Shown one piece after another: positions 1-7,794 of a stretch of 64,000 bases of DNA. The position numbers and the translations under genes were made by a program. The stretch is from Betaproteobacteria bacterium (GTDB taxonomy: Bacteria; Pseudomonadota; Gammaproteobacteria; Burkholderiales; SG8-41). The notes below the pieces were generated by a model. It made no database searches, was not told where the DNA came from, and saw only the letters and a program-made list of their open reading frames with translations. The DNA is taken from the NCBI GenBank assembly GCA_016192825.1, contig JACPTK010000011.1, forward strand, positions 16,516-80,515, in the 5' to 3' direction. The stretch's first letter is position 1, and each line of letters opens with the position of its first letter.

Positions 1-729
1 GAGTATTTTCGACTCATGAAGCAGAGCCTGGATGAAGGCGGGATTGCCTGTGCCTGGATTCCCCTCAGGGGAATTTACGAGGATGAACTGCAAATTCTGA
101 TGCGAACGTTTCGCGACGTTTTTCCCTATGCGAGCCTGTGGTACATGGACCACGCGGAGATGAGTTTTGCCATCCTGGTCGGCACGCCGGGCCCCGTTCG
201 ATTTGACGTCAAGCGCTTCAAGGAGGCCTTTGCCTTGCCCGAGGTGCGACGCGATTTGATGCAGGTGGGAATCGAGGATGCGTATCAGATCATGAGCTTC
301 ATGTATTTGGACCATGAGGGGTACCGAAAATACGCGGGCACGGGGCCCCTGCATACCGACGATCGCCCGACCCTGGAGTTTTCCTCGCCCATGAGTTTTT
401 ATCTGGGCGGTGTCTCTTTATTCCCCATGACCGAGCAATGGAATTCACTCAGGGCGAGCAGCTTCCTGCAGTTACTGGAGAATGCGACGGAGCAGGACAA
501 AGACGCCTTCGTCAGGAACGAGAAGTTTTACCGGATATTGGGAAGCGTCAATCGAAAGTGGTTCCTGGGCAAGCATTCTCGACGCGAAAGAATTTCCGAT
601 CTGGAAGAGGGTATTCGCCTTTTGAATGAAGCCCTGTCATTGCGCGCCGGGGATTCACGCGCCTTGCGGACGAAACAGGATTTTGAGGTCGAGTTGAATA
701 TGCTGCGGGCGCTTCCACACCGACGATAG
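1..729 (+). CDS. spermidine synthase-like protein, C-terminal part (5' end outside window)
   Basis: Frame +1 is open from nt 1 (EYFRL precedes the ORF-track Met at 16). Motifs resemble the C-terminal half of fused spermidine-synthase-like proteins (GIACAWIPL, FRDVFPYASLWY, HTDDRPTLEF), followed by a helical tail. A same-family paralogue lies at 59512..60462. Confidence 0.5.
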   Translation, partial: EYFRLMKQSLDEGGIACAWIPLRGIYEDELQILMRTFRDVFPYASLWYMDHAEMSFAILVGTPGPVRFDVKRFKEAFALPEVRRDLMQVGIEDAYQIMSFMYLDHEGYRKYAGTGPLHTDDRPTLEFSSPMSFYLGGVSLFPMTEQWNSLRASSFLQLLENATEQDKDAFVRNEKFYRILGSVNRKWFLGKHSRRERISDLEEGIRLLNEALSLRAGDSRALRTKQDFEVELNMLRALPHRR

Positions 730-822
730 GCCGACGCGCAGAGGTTCCTGGAACGTGGCCGGGAACGTTTCCGCCGCCAGGGGCCGGCGGCGGGGAAATA
801 GGGGTGCTGCATGGCAATAAAC

Positions 823-836
823 TTGATCTGCATCAA
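823..836. promoter_or_regulatory. FNR/Crp-family box TTGATctgcATCAA upstream of the Crp/Fnr gene
   Basis: Perfect match to the TTGAT-N4-ATCAA consensus. It lies inside the ORF-track N-terminal extension of the regulator, so the 811 start is unlikely. Position suggests autoregulation. Confidence 0.6.
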
Positions 837-861
837 TATCGGGCCGCATTGGCCGGCAATA

Positions 862-1602
862 ATGCGGTCAATGAATCGCAACGCCTACTTGTCTCCGGCC
901 ATGGCAACGGCCTACATGCCGCCGCCGGCCGATCGTCTTCTGGCGTTACCCCTGTTCGAAGGCATGAGCCCCGCCGCCCTGGCGCGCATCGCTGCCGGCG
1001 CCCACGATGTGGTCGCCGTGAGCGGGACAGTGATCTTCCGGCGGGGCGATCCCTGCCGGGGGCTCTACATCGTGGACTCCGGCCAAGTGAAGTTGGCGCT
1101 ACAGTCCCCCCAGGGTGACGAGAAAGTCGTCGAAGTGGTGGGCCGGGGCGGTATCTTCGGCGAAACGGCCCTGTTTCTCGACCGGCCGCATATGCTTGTC
1201 GCCGAGTCGCTCACCGACACCCGGGTGGTGTTCGTGGCGAAGGCGACGGTGCTGGAGGAACTCGACCACACGTCGGGATTCACGCGCGCCATGATCGCCA
1301 ACCTGAGCCGCCGGCTGCAGTACCTGTTCGGGGCCCTGGAAGATTGCACGCTGCGCACGGGCACCGAGCGCGTGATCGGTTACCTGCTCAACCGGGTGCC
1401 GCCCGATGCGCGCAACGGCAACGCGATCGTCACGCTCCCCACGAAAAAAGGCATCATCGCCTCGCAGCTCAACCTCACGCACGAGCATTTCTCGCGCATC
1501 CTGCACGATCTCGTCATGGGCGGGATGATCGAGGTCGACGGCCGCGACGTGCGCCTGCCGGATCTCACCCGGCTGCACGCGCGCCTGAACGGCGCCGTCT
1601 GA
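862..1602 (+). CDS. Crp/Fnr family transcriptional regulator (no FNR-type Cys cluster)
   Basis: cNMP-binding-type beta-roll (RGDPCRGLYIVDSGQVKL, GIFGETALF). C-terminal HTH has an E-x-x-S-R recognition helix (THEHFSRIL). Start uncertain (862, 871 or 901). Confidence 0.85.
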   Translation: MRSMNRNAYLSPAMATAYMPPPADRLLALPLFEGMSPAALARIAAGAHDVVAVSGTVIFRRGDPCRGLYIVDSGQVKLALQSPQGDEKVVEVVGRGGIFGETALFLDRPHMLVAESLTDTRVVFVAKATVLEELDHTSGFTRAMIANLSRRLQYLFGALEDCTLRTGTERVIGYLLNRVPPDARNGNAIVTLPTKKGIIASQLNLTHEHFSRILHDLVMGGMIEVDGRDVRLPDLTRLHARLNGAV

Positions 1603-1665
1603 CGCCGGTTCCACCGTCGCGTCGGATTTACTGCCGGCCGCTCCTGCGCGCGGCGCCTGTCCGGG

Positions 1666-3252
1666 TCAGTTCGGTCCCAGCCCGCCGAGCGGCTTGAGGG
1701 CCGCCGGGACGGCCGCCGGCCCGATCGTCGCGTTTCCGGCGGCTTCCGGTTCGGGCCGGTCGCCGGCACCGGACGAGACGTCCCGGCCACCCGCGTAAGC
1801 CAGCGTGAAGCCGATGGCCGTCCTGCCCGGCTCGCTCGCGACGGTCAGGGTGCTGTCGTGCAGCTCCAGGATGCGCTTGGCGATCGCGAGCCCGAGGCCG
1901 GCGCTGCCGGAGGCGTCGCTGCGGCTTTTTTCGCCGCGGTAGAAGCGGTCGAAGATGCGCGGCAGGTCCGCGGCGTCGATGCCGCAGCCGCTGTCGGTAA
2001 CCTGCGCCGTCGCGCGCGCCTGTCCGGCGGTGACGGCGACCGTGATTTCCCCGCCCGCCGGCGTATAGCGCAGCGAGTTCTCGATCAGGTTGCGGAGCGC
2101 GCGCTCGATGAGGCCGATATCCCCGACGACCAGCGGCATTTCGAGGGGAAGATCCGCGGCGATGCGGATCTGTTTCTGCGACGCGGCCAGCTCGAATTGC
2201 TGGAGGATGTCCTGCACCAGGTCGGTGAGGACGAACGGCTCGGGCAGGACGGCCGGCCGCTCGGAATCGAGCTTCGCCAGCTCGAACAGCCCGGCGACGA
2301 GGTGGCTCAGCTGCTCGCTCTGCCTGAGCGCGATCTCGAGATAGCCGCGCTTTTCCTCCTCGGTAAGGCGGTCGCCCTTGGACTGCAGGGTTTCGAGATG
2401 CCCGCGCAGGGAGGCGAGCGGCGTCCTCAGGTCGTGGGAGATGTTCGCAACCAGCTCGCGCCGCATGCTGTCCGTCTGCCTGAGCTCGCGCATCTGCGCG
2501 AGGATGCGGTCGGCCATCGCGTTGAAAGTGCCGGCGAGCCGGTCGATCTCGTCGCCGCGTTCGGCGCGCGCCGCACCGCCCGCCGGTTCCCCCGCGAAGC
2601 CGGTTTCGCGGAACCGGTCCATCACCCGCGCCAGGCGCTGCAGGCGCCGCGTCAGCAGTCCGATGATGAGGGCGCTCGCCAGCAGCGCGAGCGCCAGGCC
2701 GCCGCCGACCAGCATCGCGTTCTCGCGCAGCACGTAACTGTCCAGTATCGGCTGCGCGGCGCTGTCGCCGCGTGTGCCCTTGATGACGAGGTAAAGGTAG
2801 GCCTCACCGTGCGGCTCGAGCCCCAGGCGCGTCGCGGTGAACACCCTGCGGATCCGGCCGTCGGCCGGATCGTCCCCCAGGATCGGCAGCGCCGGATCCT
2901 CGGCCAGAAAGTCCCGTATCGGCCGCATGTCCACCGACTTGTGCTTGAGCGCCCCGGCCTTGCTGGACGTCGCCAGGATGGCGCCGTTCGCGTCTATCAG
3001 ATAGGCGTCGAAGCGCGGATTGACGACCCTCAGGTAGTCGAACACCTGCTCGAAAGCGGATGGATCGAGATGGCCGTCGGGAAAGACGCGTTCCTTGACG
3101 AGCTGGCTGGCGTAGGTGCGGTAGACCCGCTGGCTGACTTCCTGGCGCCGCGCGGTGGCGGAGTAACTCATGATGAGCGCGAACACCGCCACCATGATCA
3201 ACGCGAACGCGATGAGCACCGCGATCAGTTTTCCGTACAGCGAGCCGAACAT
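1666..3252 (-). CDS. two-component sensor histidine kinase
   Basis: N-terminal TM, about 150 aa periplasmic region, second TM and HAMP. H-box ANISHDLRTPL; N/G boxes NLIENSLRYT, DSGCGI, GLGLAIAKRI. There is a 3-nt gap to the response regulator upstream. Confidence 0.9.
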   Translation of the reverse strand: MFGSLYGKLIAVLIAFALIMVAVFALIMSYSATARRQEVSQRVYRTYASQLVKERVFPDGHLDPSAFEQVFDYLRVVNPRFDAYLIDANGAILATSSKAGALKHKSVDMRPIRDFLAEDPALPILGDDPADGRIRRVFTATRLGLEPHGEAYLYLVIKGTRGDSAAQPILDSYVLRENAMLVGGGLALALLASALIIGLLTRRLQRLARVMDRFRETGFAGEPAGGAARAERGDEIDRLAGTFNAMADRILAQMRELRQTDSMRRELVANISHDLRTPLASLRGHLETLQSKGDRLTEEEKRGYLEIALRQSEQLSHLVAGLFELAKLDSERPAVLPEPFVLTDLVQDILQQFELAASQKQIRIAADLPLEMPLVVGDIGLIERALRNLIENSLRYTPAGGEITVAVTAGQARATAQVTDSGCGIDAADLPRIFDRFYRGEKSRSDASGSAGLGLAIAKRILELHDSTLTVASEPGRTAIGFTLAYAGGRDVSSGAGDRPEPEAAGNATIGPAAVPAALKPLGGLGPN

Positions 3253-3255
3253 CGG

Positions 3256-4029
3256 TCAGGCGGCTTCCGCCACCGGCTGCTCGGCGAACTTGTAGCCCAC
3301 GCCGCGCACGGTGAGGATGTACTGCGGCCGCGCCGGGTTCTTCTCGATCTTGGCGCGCAGGCGGTTGATGTGGCAGTTGACGTTGTGCTCGTAGCCGTCG
3401 TGACCGTAGCCCCACACGGTGTCGAGCAACTGCAGCCGGCTGTAGACGCGGCCGCGATTGCGCGCGAAGTGCAGCAGCAGGTCGAATTCCTTCGCGGTCA
3501 GGTTGACGGGTTTCCCGCCCAGCGTGACTTCGCGCTTTTCCGGGTCGATCGCCAGCTCGCCGAAGCCGATCGCCTTTTTCAAGGCGGGCGAGCTGTTCTC
3601 CGCCAGCGCTTCCATGCGCCGGAACAGCGCCTTGACCCTCGCCACCAGCTCGAGCACGCTGAACGGCTTGGTCAGGTAGTCGTCCGCGCCGAGCTCCAGG
3701 CCCAGCACCCGGTCGAACTCGGTCGCTTTGGCGGTGACCATCATGATGGGCGTGTAGGGCTTCTTGCCGCGCAGGCGCCGGCAGATTTCCAGCCCGTCCA
3801 CGCCGGGCAGCATCAGGTCGAGAATGATGAGATCGTACGGCTGGGACTCGGCCTCGGCCAGCCCCGATTCCCCGTCGAATCGCAGGCAGACGTTGCACGA
3901 CAGGTCCTGCAGGTGCAACCCGATCAGCTTGGCGATGTCCTGCTGGTCCTCGATGACGAGGACGTTCCGCACCTCGCGAAGCCGCTTGCCCGGGGGCTGC
4001 GTGACAGGGCGGTCATCGGTTCCAAGCAT
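3256..4029 (-). CDS. OmpR-family response regulator
   Basis: Receiver domain (VLVIEDQ, DLIILDLMLPGVDG, MVTAK) plus winged-helix output domain (LTAKEFDLL, VRGVGYKF). Confidence 0.9.
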   Translation of the reverse strand: MLGTDDRPVTQPPGKRLREVRNVLVIEDQQDIAKLIGLHLQDLSCNVCLRFDGESGLAEAESQPYDLIILDLMLPGVDGLEICRRLRGKKPYTPIMMVTAKATEFDRVLGLELGADDYLTKPFSVLELVARVKALFRRMEALAENSSPALKKAIGFGELAIDPEKREVTLGGKPVNLTAKEFDLLLHFARNRGRVYSRLQLLDTVWGYGHDGYEHNVNCHINRLRAKIEKNPARPQYILTVRGVGYKFAEQPVAEAA

Positions 4030-4291
4030 GGGGCGCTAATTTCATGGAAGGAACAGTGCGGCGATTATTTTACCGGTAAGCGACGTCACGGTGATTCTCC
4101 TTCATGCTGAAGGTAATGGCCAATTCGGAAGCGGACGCGATAGTCGAGTGAATTTCATCGGGAATCCCGTACCCTGGCTTCAGGATGGACGCATCACATC
4201 CGGGCATCGTCGCGGCCGTGTCTCTTTTTCGTCGCGATGGGCGGTGTGGCGCGAAAACTTTCCTCCACGGCCTTGAAAGCTGACAGGGCGC

Positions 4292-4403
4292 TTACAGCAC
4301 CACGCGGCGCAAGCGCAGCGCGTTCGTCATCACCGAAACCGAGCTTATCGCCATCGCGGCGCCGGCGAAGATGGCCGAGCGCAGCGCCCGGATGGCGTGG
4401 CAT
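4292..4403 (-). pseudogene. C-terminal relic of a P1B-type ATPase
   Basis: The minus-strand frame reads [37 protein letters not shown]-stop. This matches the last TM and tail of the intact ATPase at 48533..51253 ([26 protein letters not shown]). An in-frame stop lies immediately upstream, so only about 36 codons remain. Confidence 0.6.
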
Positions 4404-4411
4404 GATCACTT

Positions 4412-4732
4412 TCATCGATAGCGGAGAGCGTCCATCAACTCCTCCACGATCGTTTCCGTATCACCACGCTCGGCGGCAGTCGCCACATGGGCGCGCAAAT
4501 GGCTCTCGAGGGTGATTCGGCCGGCCTTCTCCAGCGCACCTTGGACCGCCTGGATCTGGCGCAGCACGTCAACGCAATAGGTGTCGTGTCTTTGCAGGGC
4601 GCGCAAGATGCTTTCCAGGTGCCCCTTGGCGATGGCAAGCCTGTGCCCGACCACCTTGCGCGCGCTCTCCGGCATGCACAGGCGACCCTCGTGCCGATGC
4701 AGGGCATGCGCTCGAGTATTTTCGTCGCTCAT
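4412..4732 (-). CDS. csoR: CsoR/RcnR-family metal-sensing repressor (copy 1)
   Basis: 106 aa, DUF156-type helical protein with the C...H...C pattern (RLCMPE; HDTYCVDVLRQIQAVQGAL). A close paralogue lies at 38074..38394. Confidence 0.9.
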   Translation of the reverse strand: MSDENTRAHALHRHEGRLCMPESARKVVGHRLAIAKGHLESILRALQRHDTYCVDVLRQIQAVQGALEKAGRITLESHLRAHVATAAERGDTETIVEELMDALRYR

Positions 4733-4844
4733 GGCTAAGCCACCTCTCGATTAGCGTTGATCAGAAGCTGCAAATGTTGGTTGCGGGCCATCCCGTTCAC
4801 GGTCAGCATCATTGCCACATTGAACGCCTTTCCGAGACCACAGT

Positions 4845-4858
4845 TTGATCTATATCAA
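4845..4858. promoter_or_regulatory. FNR box TTGATctatATCAA
   Basis: Perfect consensus in the csoR / small-gene divergent region, directly abutting the CsoR-type dyad. Confidence 0.6.
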
Positions 4859-4885
4859 ACCCACCCCACCTGGGGTGGGTATCAT
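4859..4885 (+). promoter_or_regulatory. CsoR-type operator dyad plus -10-like hexamer
   Basis: Inverted repeat ACCCACCCCA-cc-TGGGGTGGGT (4859..4880), the GC-rich C4/G4 dyad class used by CsoR repressors. It overlaps TATCAT (4880..4885). The FNR box centre lies 28.5 nt upstream of the hexamer, which is class-II spacing. Confidence 0.6.
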
Positions 4886-5041
4886 GGATACAGCAGGATA
4901 CTTGGAAATATGTGTTGTAGTAACAATCAGTAATAACTGTCCACACTACGGGTGGACATTATCCACTGGGGGAGGGTGTGTTCGATAGCGGCAAAAAGGC
5001 GAGGCCTGGTGCAGGCCTCGGGGCAAGGCAAGGAGATCACG

Positions 5042-5242
5042 ATGGAATGGCTATCGCAAAATTGGATGTGGTTGTTGCTGGCCGTTGGCGTTGTGTTCCT
5101 GCTCTCGCGTACTCGGCAGGGCGGCGCGATGGGCTGTTGCAGCGCTCATGACATGGCCCACGAGGGGCCTGCCGGGGAAAGCAAGCCGCAGGGCGTGAAC
5201 GCTACCCGCCCACCGGTCAAGGAAGGGAAGCCGGGCTGCTAA
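5042..5242 (+). CDS. small membrane-anchored Cys/His-rich protein (copy 1, 66 aa)
   Basis: AAGGAG RBS 6 nt upstream of the ATG. MEWLSQNWMWLLLAVGVVFLL TM segment, then GCCSAHDMAHEG. A paralogue lies at 38698..38958 behind the same promoter architecture. The last codons and stop lie in MITE sequence. Confidence 0.6.
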   Translation: MEWLSQNWMWLLLAVGVVFLLSRTRQGGAMGCCSAHDMAHEGPAGESKPQGVNATRPPVKEGKPGC

Positions 5243-5412
5243 CAGCAAAACCGCCCGTGAATTTCGAATGAGCCCCGGTGTAACGGCCCCGATTGGCCTC
5301 CGATGGACACGCGCGCAGGCTGGAAATAAGGTTTTCACTGCTATTGACTCCCGTTATCGCGCGGGCGGTTTTGCACAAGGAGTTAGTCGGGGCTAAGTCC
5401 GACAAACTCCCA
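5233..5412 (+). mobile_element. MITE-like element, type A, 5'-truncated copy (A1)
   Basis: Near-identical by eye to 57436..57624, running from GGCTGCTAAC through AAAACCGCCC ... GGGCGGTTTT to the terminal hairpin GGAGTTAGTCGGggctaaGTCCGACAAACTCC. The left terminal hairpin is missing and the right CTAG has degenerated to CCAG. Confidence 0.6.
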
Positions 5413-5489
5413 GGCCGCGGAGGCCCCCGCCTGCTCGCATCGGCACGGCCGGGGAGAATGCTGTTCACCGCGCTCAAGGAGGAATCGCC

Positions 5490-5948
5490 ATGGGGAAGCT
5501 GACTCGTGATATAGGCCAGCAGGTCCGGCGGCGCGAGCGGCGGATACGCGCTGCGACATTCGCCGTCATCGGGACGCTGGTCCTGGGCGCGGCGGGCTAT
5601 CTGCTGGTCCAGGCCTTCTGGAGACCCGCGCCGCCGCCGATGGCTGGCAACGTGCTCGACATCAGCGCCGACATGGGCGGCTTCAGCCGGAAAGTGGTGT
5701 ACGTGAAGGCCGGCGAGCCGGTCACCGTGCGCCTGACGAGCCTGGACAATTCGCACCACACCGACGGTGGCGGCAGGCACCAGTGGGCGGTCGATGAACT
5801 CGGCGTCAACATCATCGCGCCGGCGCTCGGCTCGAGCTCCAAGACCTTCACCCCGGCCAGGCAGGGTACGTTCACGTTCTACTGTGACATCTGCTGCGGC
5901 GGTCGCGCCAATCCGACCATGTCGGGCAGGCTGGTCGTCGCAGGATGA
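5490..5948 (+). CDS. membrane-anchored cupredoxin-like domain protein
   Basis: AAGGAGG RBS, N-terminal TM, then a beta-rich domain ending FTFYCDICCGGRANPTMSGRLVV (cupredoxin-like C...C/H...M ligand region). The stop lies 3 nt before the next gene. Confidence 0.55.
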   Translation: MGKLTRDIGQQVRRRERRIRAATFAVIGTLVLGAAGYLLVQAFWRPAPPPMAGNVLDISADMGGFSRKVVYVKAGEPVTVRLTSLDNSHHTDGGGRHQWAVDELGVNIIAPALGSSSKTFTPARQGTFTFYCDICCGGRANPTMSGRLVVAG

Positions 5949-5951
5949 CGC

Positions 5952-6770
5952 TTGAATCTGCACCCTCGCACCATCACCGTCGTCGCTTTGCTGAGCATGC
6001 TTGCTCTGGGCGCGCTCGCCTTGACCGGCCTGTGGCATCCGAACGCGCCGGCGGAAGCGATGAAGGTGTACCTGCCGCAGATTACGCTCGCGACGGTGCT
6101 CGCCGCGGGCCTCGTCGACGGCATCAATCCATGCGCGTTCACGGTGCTGCTGCTGTTCATCACTGCGCTGACGACGACGCTGCAGGTGGACGAGCACAAC
6201 GTGAACGGGCTGCGCGCACGGATGCTGGGCCTGGGCAGTATCTATATCGGCTCGATTTTTCTCACCTACCTCGCGCTCGGGGTAGGGGTGCTCACCTCGC
6301 TCGACTTCTTCACGCGGCAGCACATTCCGGCGCGGTTCGGCGCGCTGCTGGCGATCCTGTTCGGGCTATGGATGCTGAAAGACTATTTTCTGCCCGAGCT
6401 GGGCTGGCGCCTGCAGGCGCCGGCGCGGGTGGGCACCATCGCGCGCGCGATGGCAAGGAAAGCCACGCTCCCGGCGCTCATCGTCGGCGGGTTCCTGATC
6501 GGGCTGTGCACGGTGCCGTGCAGCGGCGCGGTCTATCTCGGCGTGCTGAGCCTGCTCGCGCTGCAGCCCACGGCGCTCCAGGGCTACGCCTATCTCGTGC
6601 TGTATAACGTGGTGTTCGTTCTGCCGCTGCTCGTCATCCTGGTCGCCGCTTCCTCGCGCCCGATGGTCAATCGCCTGGCGCATTGGAATCTGCACCACAA
6701 GGAGTGGGTAAGGCTCGCGCTCGGCAGCGGCGTAGTAGTCATGGGTTTTGCCATTCTGGTGACCGTTTAA
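5952..6770 (+). CDS. DsbD_2/CcdA-like thiol-disulfide transmembrane protein
   Basis: Polytopic membrane protein with GINPCAF in TM1 and CTVPCSGAVY later. A paralogue lies at 46332..47117 (SINPCAF, CEFPCTGGPY). TTG start in the ORF track. Confidence 0.7.
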   Translation: MNLHPRTITVVALLSMLALGALALTGLWHPNAPAEAMKVYLPQITLATVLAAGLVDGINPCAFTVLLLFITALTTTLQVDEHNVNGLRARMLGLGSIYIGSIFLTYLALGVGVLTSLDFFTRQHIPARFGALLAILFGLWMLKDYFLPELGWRLQAPARVGTIARAMARKATLPALIVGGFLIGLCTVPCSGAVYLGVLSLLALQPTALQGYAYLVLYNVVFVLPLLVILVAASSRPMVNRLAHWNLHHKEWVRLALGSGVVVMGFAILVTV

Positions 6771-7327
6771 AGGATCAGGAAGATATCTTGGAAACGGGTC
6801 TCAGCATGCTGAATCTGGAGCGCTACACGCACAAATTCCTGCCCGGCAGCGGCACAGGCGAGAGGGTGCCAACGGCAGGGCATGCAGGCGTTATCGAGCT
6901 TTGCTGCGCGCTTCGTTGGAGAGCGCGCAAGTGAAGGAACTCATGGTGAAGTACCACAATCGGCCGGACCATGCGCTGGTCGCTTATGTTGTCCCTCGGG
7001 AGTACATGATGGCGCACCTCATTGCCGACCTCGGAGAGCATGAGGCGCACCACGGTAAAGCCCTGGCATCCAATGGAAAAAGTGTTCCACCTCGGCGCGC
7101 GCTCGATTTGGATGTTCTGCGATACCCTCTTTTCATCGCGGAACTGAAGGGAACGAACGTTGCCCTGGCGATGGAAGTCCCCCGGCGTCATGCCTGGGGA
7201 AACATCCCGGTGCCGGCATTCTGATGCAGACAACCTGAGGAACGTCCCGTACGCCCTTTGCACGGTGTTGGCCTTGTGCCGGCCCATAACTTCTCCAGGA
7301 CGCAATCTACGTGAGGAGGTCAAATTC

Positions 7328-7681
7328 ATGAACGGAAATGAAAGACTGGTGACGATTACAGGCAAGGCTGCCACTGAACTCAGGGATATGGCCGCCGGAG
7401 AGAACAGGCAAATAGTGAGTTTGAGGATCGCGGCAGTTCGAACCCGCTGCATGGGTGGCAGGGGTTACGCGTACCGGCTCGAGTTTGAAGATTCTCCGGC
7501 AGCGAATGATGAAATTTCAGAGCATGACGGAATCAAGTTGTGTGTGGATCCGGCCAGCGCAAGATACCTCAAAGGGGCCGAACTCGACTACATCGAAACG
7601 CTCGCGGAGACAGGATTCAAGATCAACAACCCAAACGTCATAGCAAAGTGTCCGTGCGGACATCACGACATATTCGAATGA
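7328..7681 (+). CDS. IscA/HesB-family Fe-S carrier-like protein with atypical CPCGHH C-terminus
   Basis: GAGGAGG RBS. LRIAAVRTRCMGGRGYAYRLEFED, IKLCVDPAS, FKINNPN and KCPCGHH match the HesB/IscA pattern. The ORF-track N-terminal extension from 7160 is unlikely. Confidence 0.8.
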   Translation: MNGNERLVTITGKAATELRDMAAGENRQIVSLRIAAVRTRCMGGRGYAYRLEFEDSPAANDEISEHDGIKLCVDPASARYLKGAELDYIETLAETGFKINNPNVIAKCPCGHHDIFE

Positions 7682-7794
7682 CAACCAGCAGGTAAACCGA
7701 TGGGAAATTCCATCCGTCTTGATGCCCGCGCGAACGAGCGCCACACGGCGTTCTGAGCCTGGCATTCCGCATCTCTGAGCGAGGAGACGATTGC

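Noticed and set aside
1858-4110. 750-aa plus-strand ORF
   Set aside because: It lies antisense to the clearly recognisable histidine kinase and response regulator. Its Arg/Ala/Gly/Pro-rich composition with no motifs is typical of shadow ORFs in GC-rich DNA.
5051-5338. ORFs starting MKTLFPACARVHRRPIGAVTPGLIRNSRAVL (also 57157..57549)
   Set aside because: The shared 31 residues simply reflect the repeated MITE type A DNA read in reverse. Outside the repeat the two ORFs diverge completely.
5217-6323. 368-aa minus-strand ORF
   Set aside because: Antisense to the cupredoxin-like and DsbD_2-type genes and running through MITE A1. No motifs.
6901-7224. 107-aa plus-strand ORF (and 6683..6934, 6823..7452) in the AT-richer stretch
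   Set aside because: No RBS or recognisable family, and the ORFs mutually overlap. It could be a decayed gene or a small unknown gene, but I cannot support a call.
7679-7765. Possible TGA read-through extending the IscA/HesB-like protein (HesB-like selenoproteins exist)
   Set aside because: The TGA follows the complete CPCGHHDIFE C-terminus rather than replacing a Cys. The downstream frame (QPAGKPMGNSIRLDARANERHTAF) has no family resemblance.
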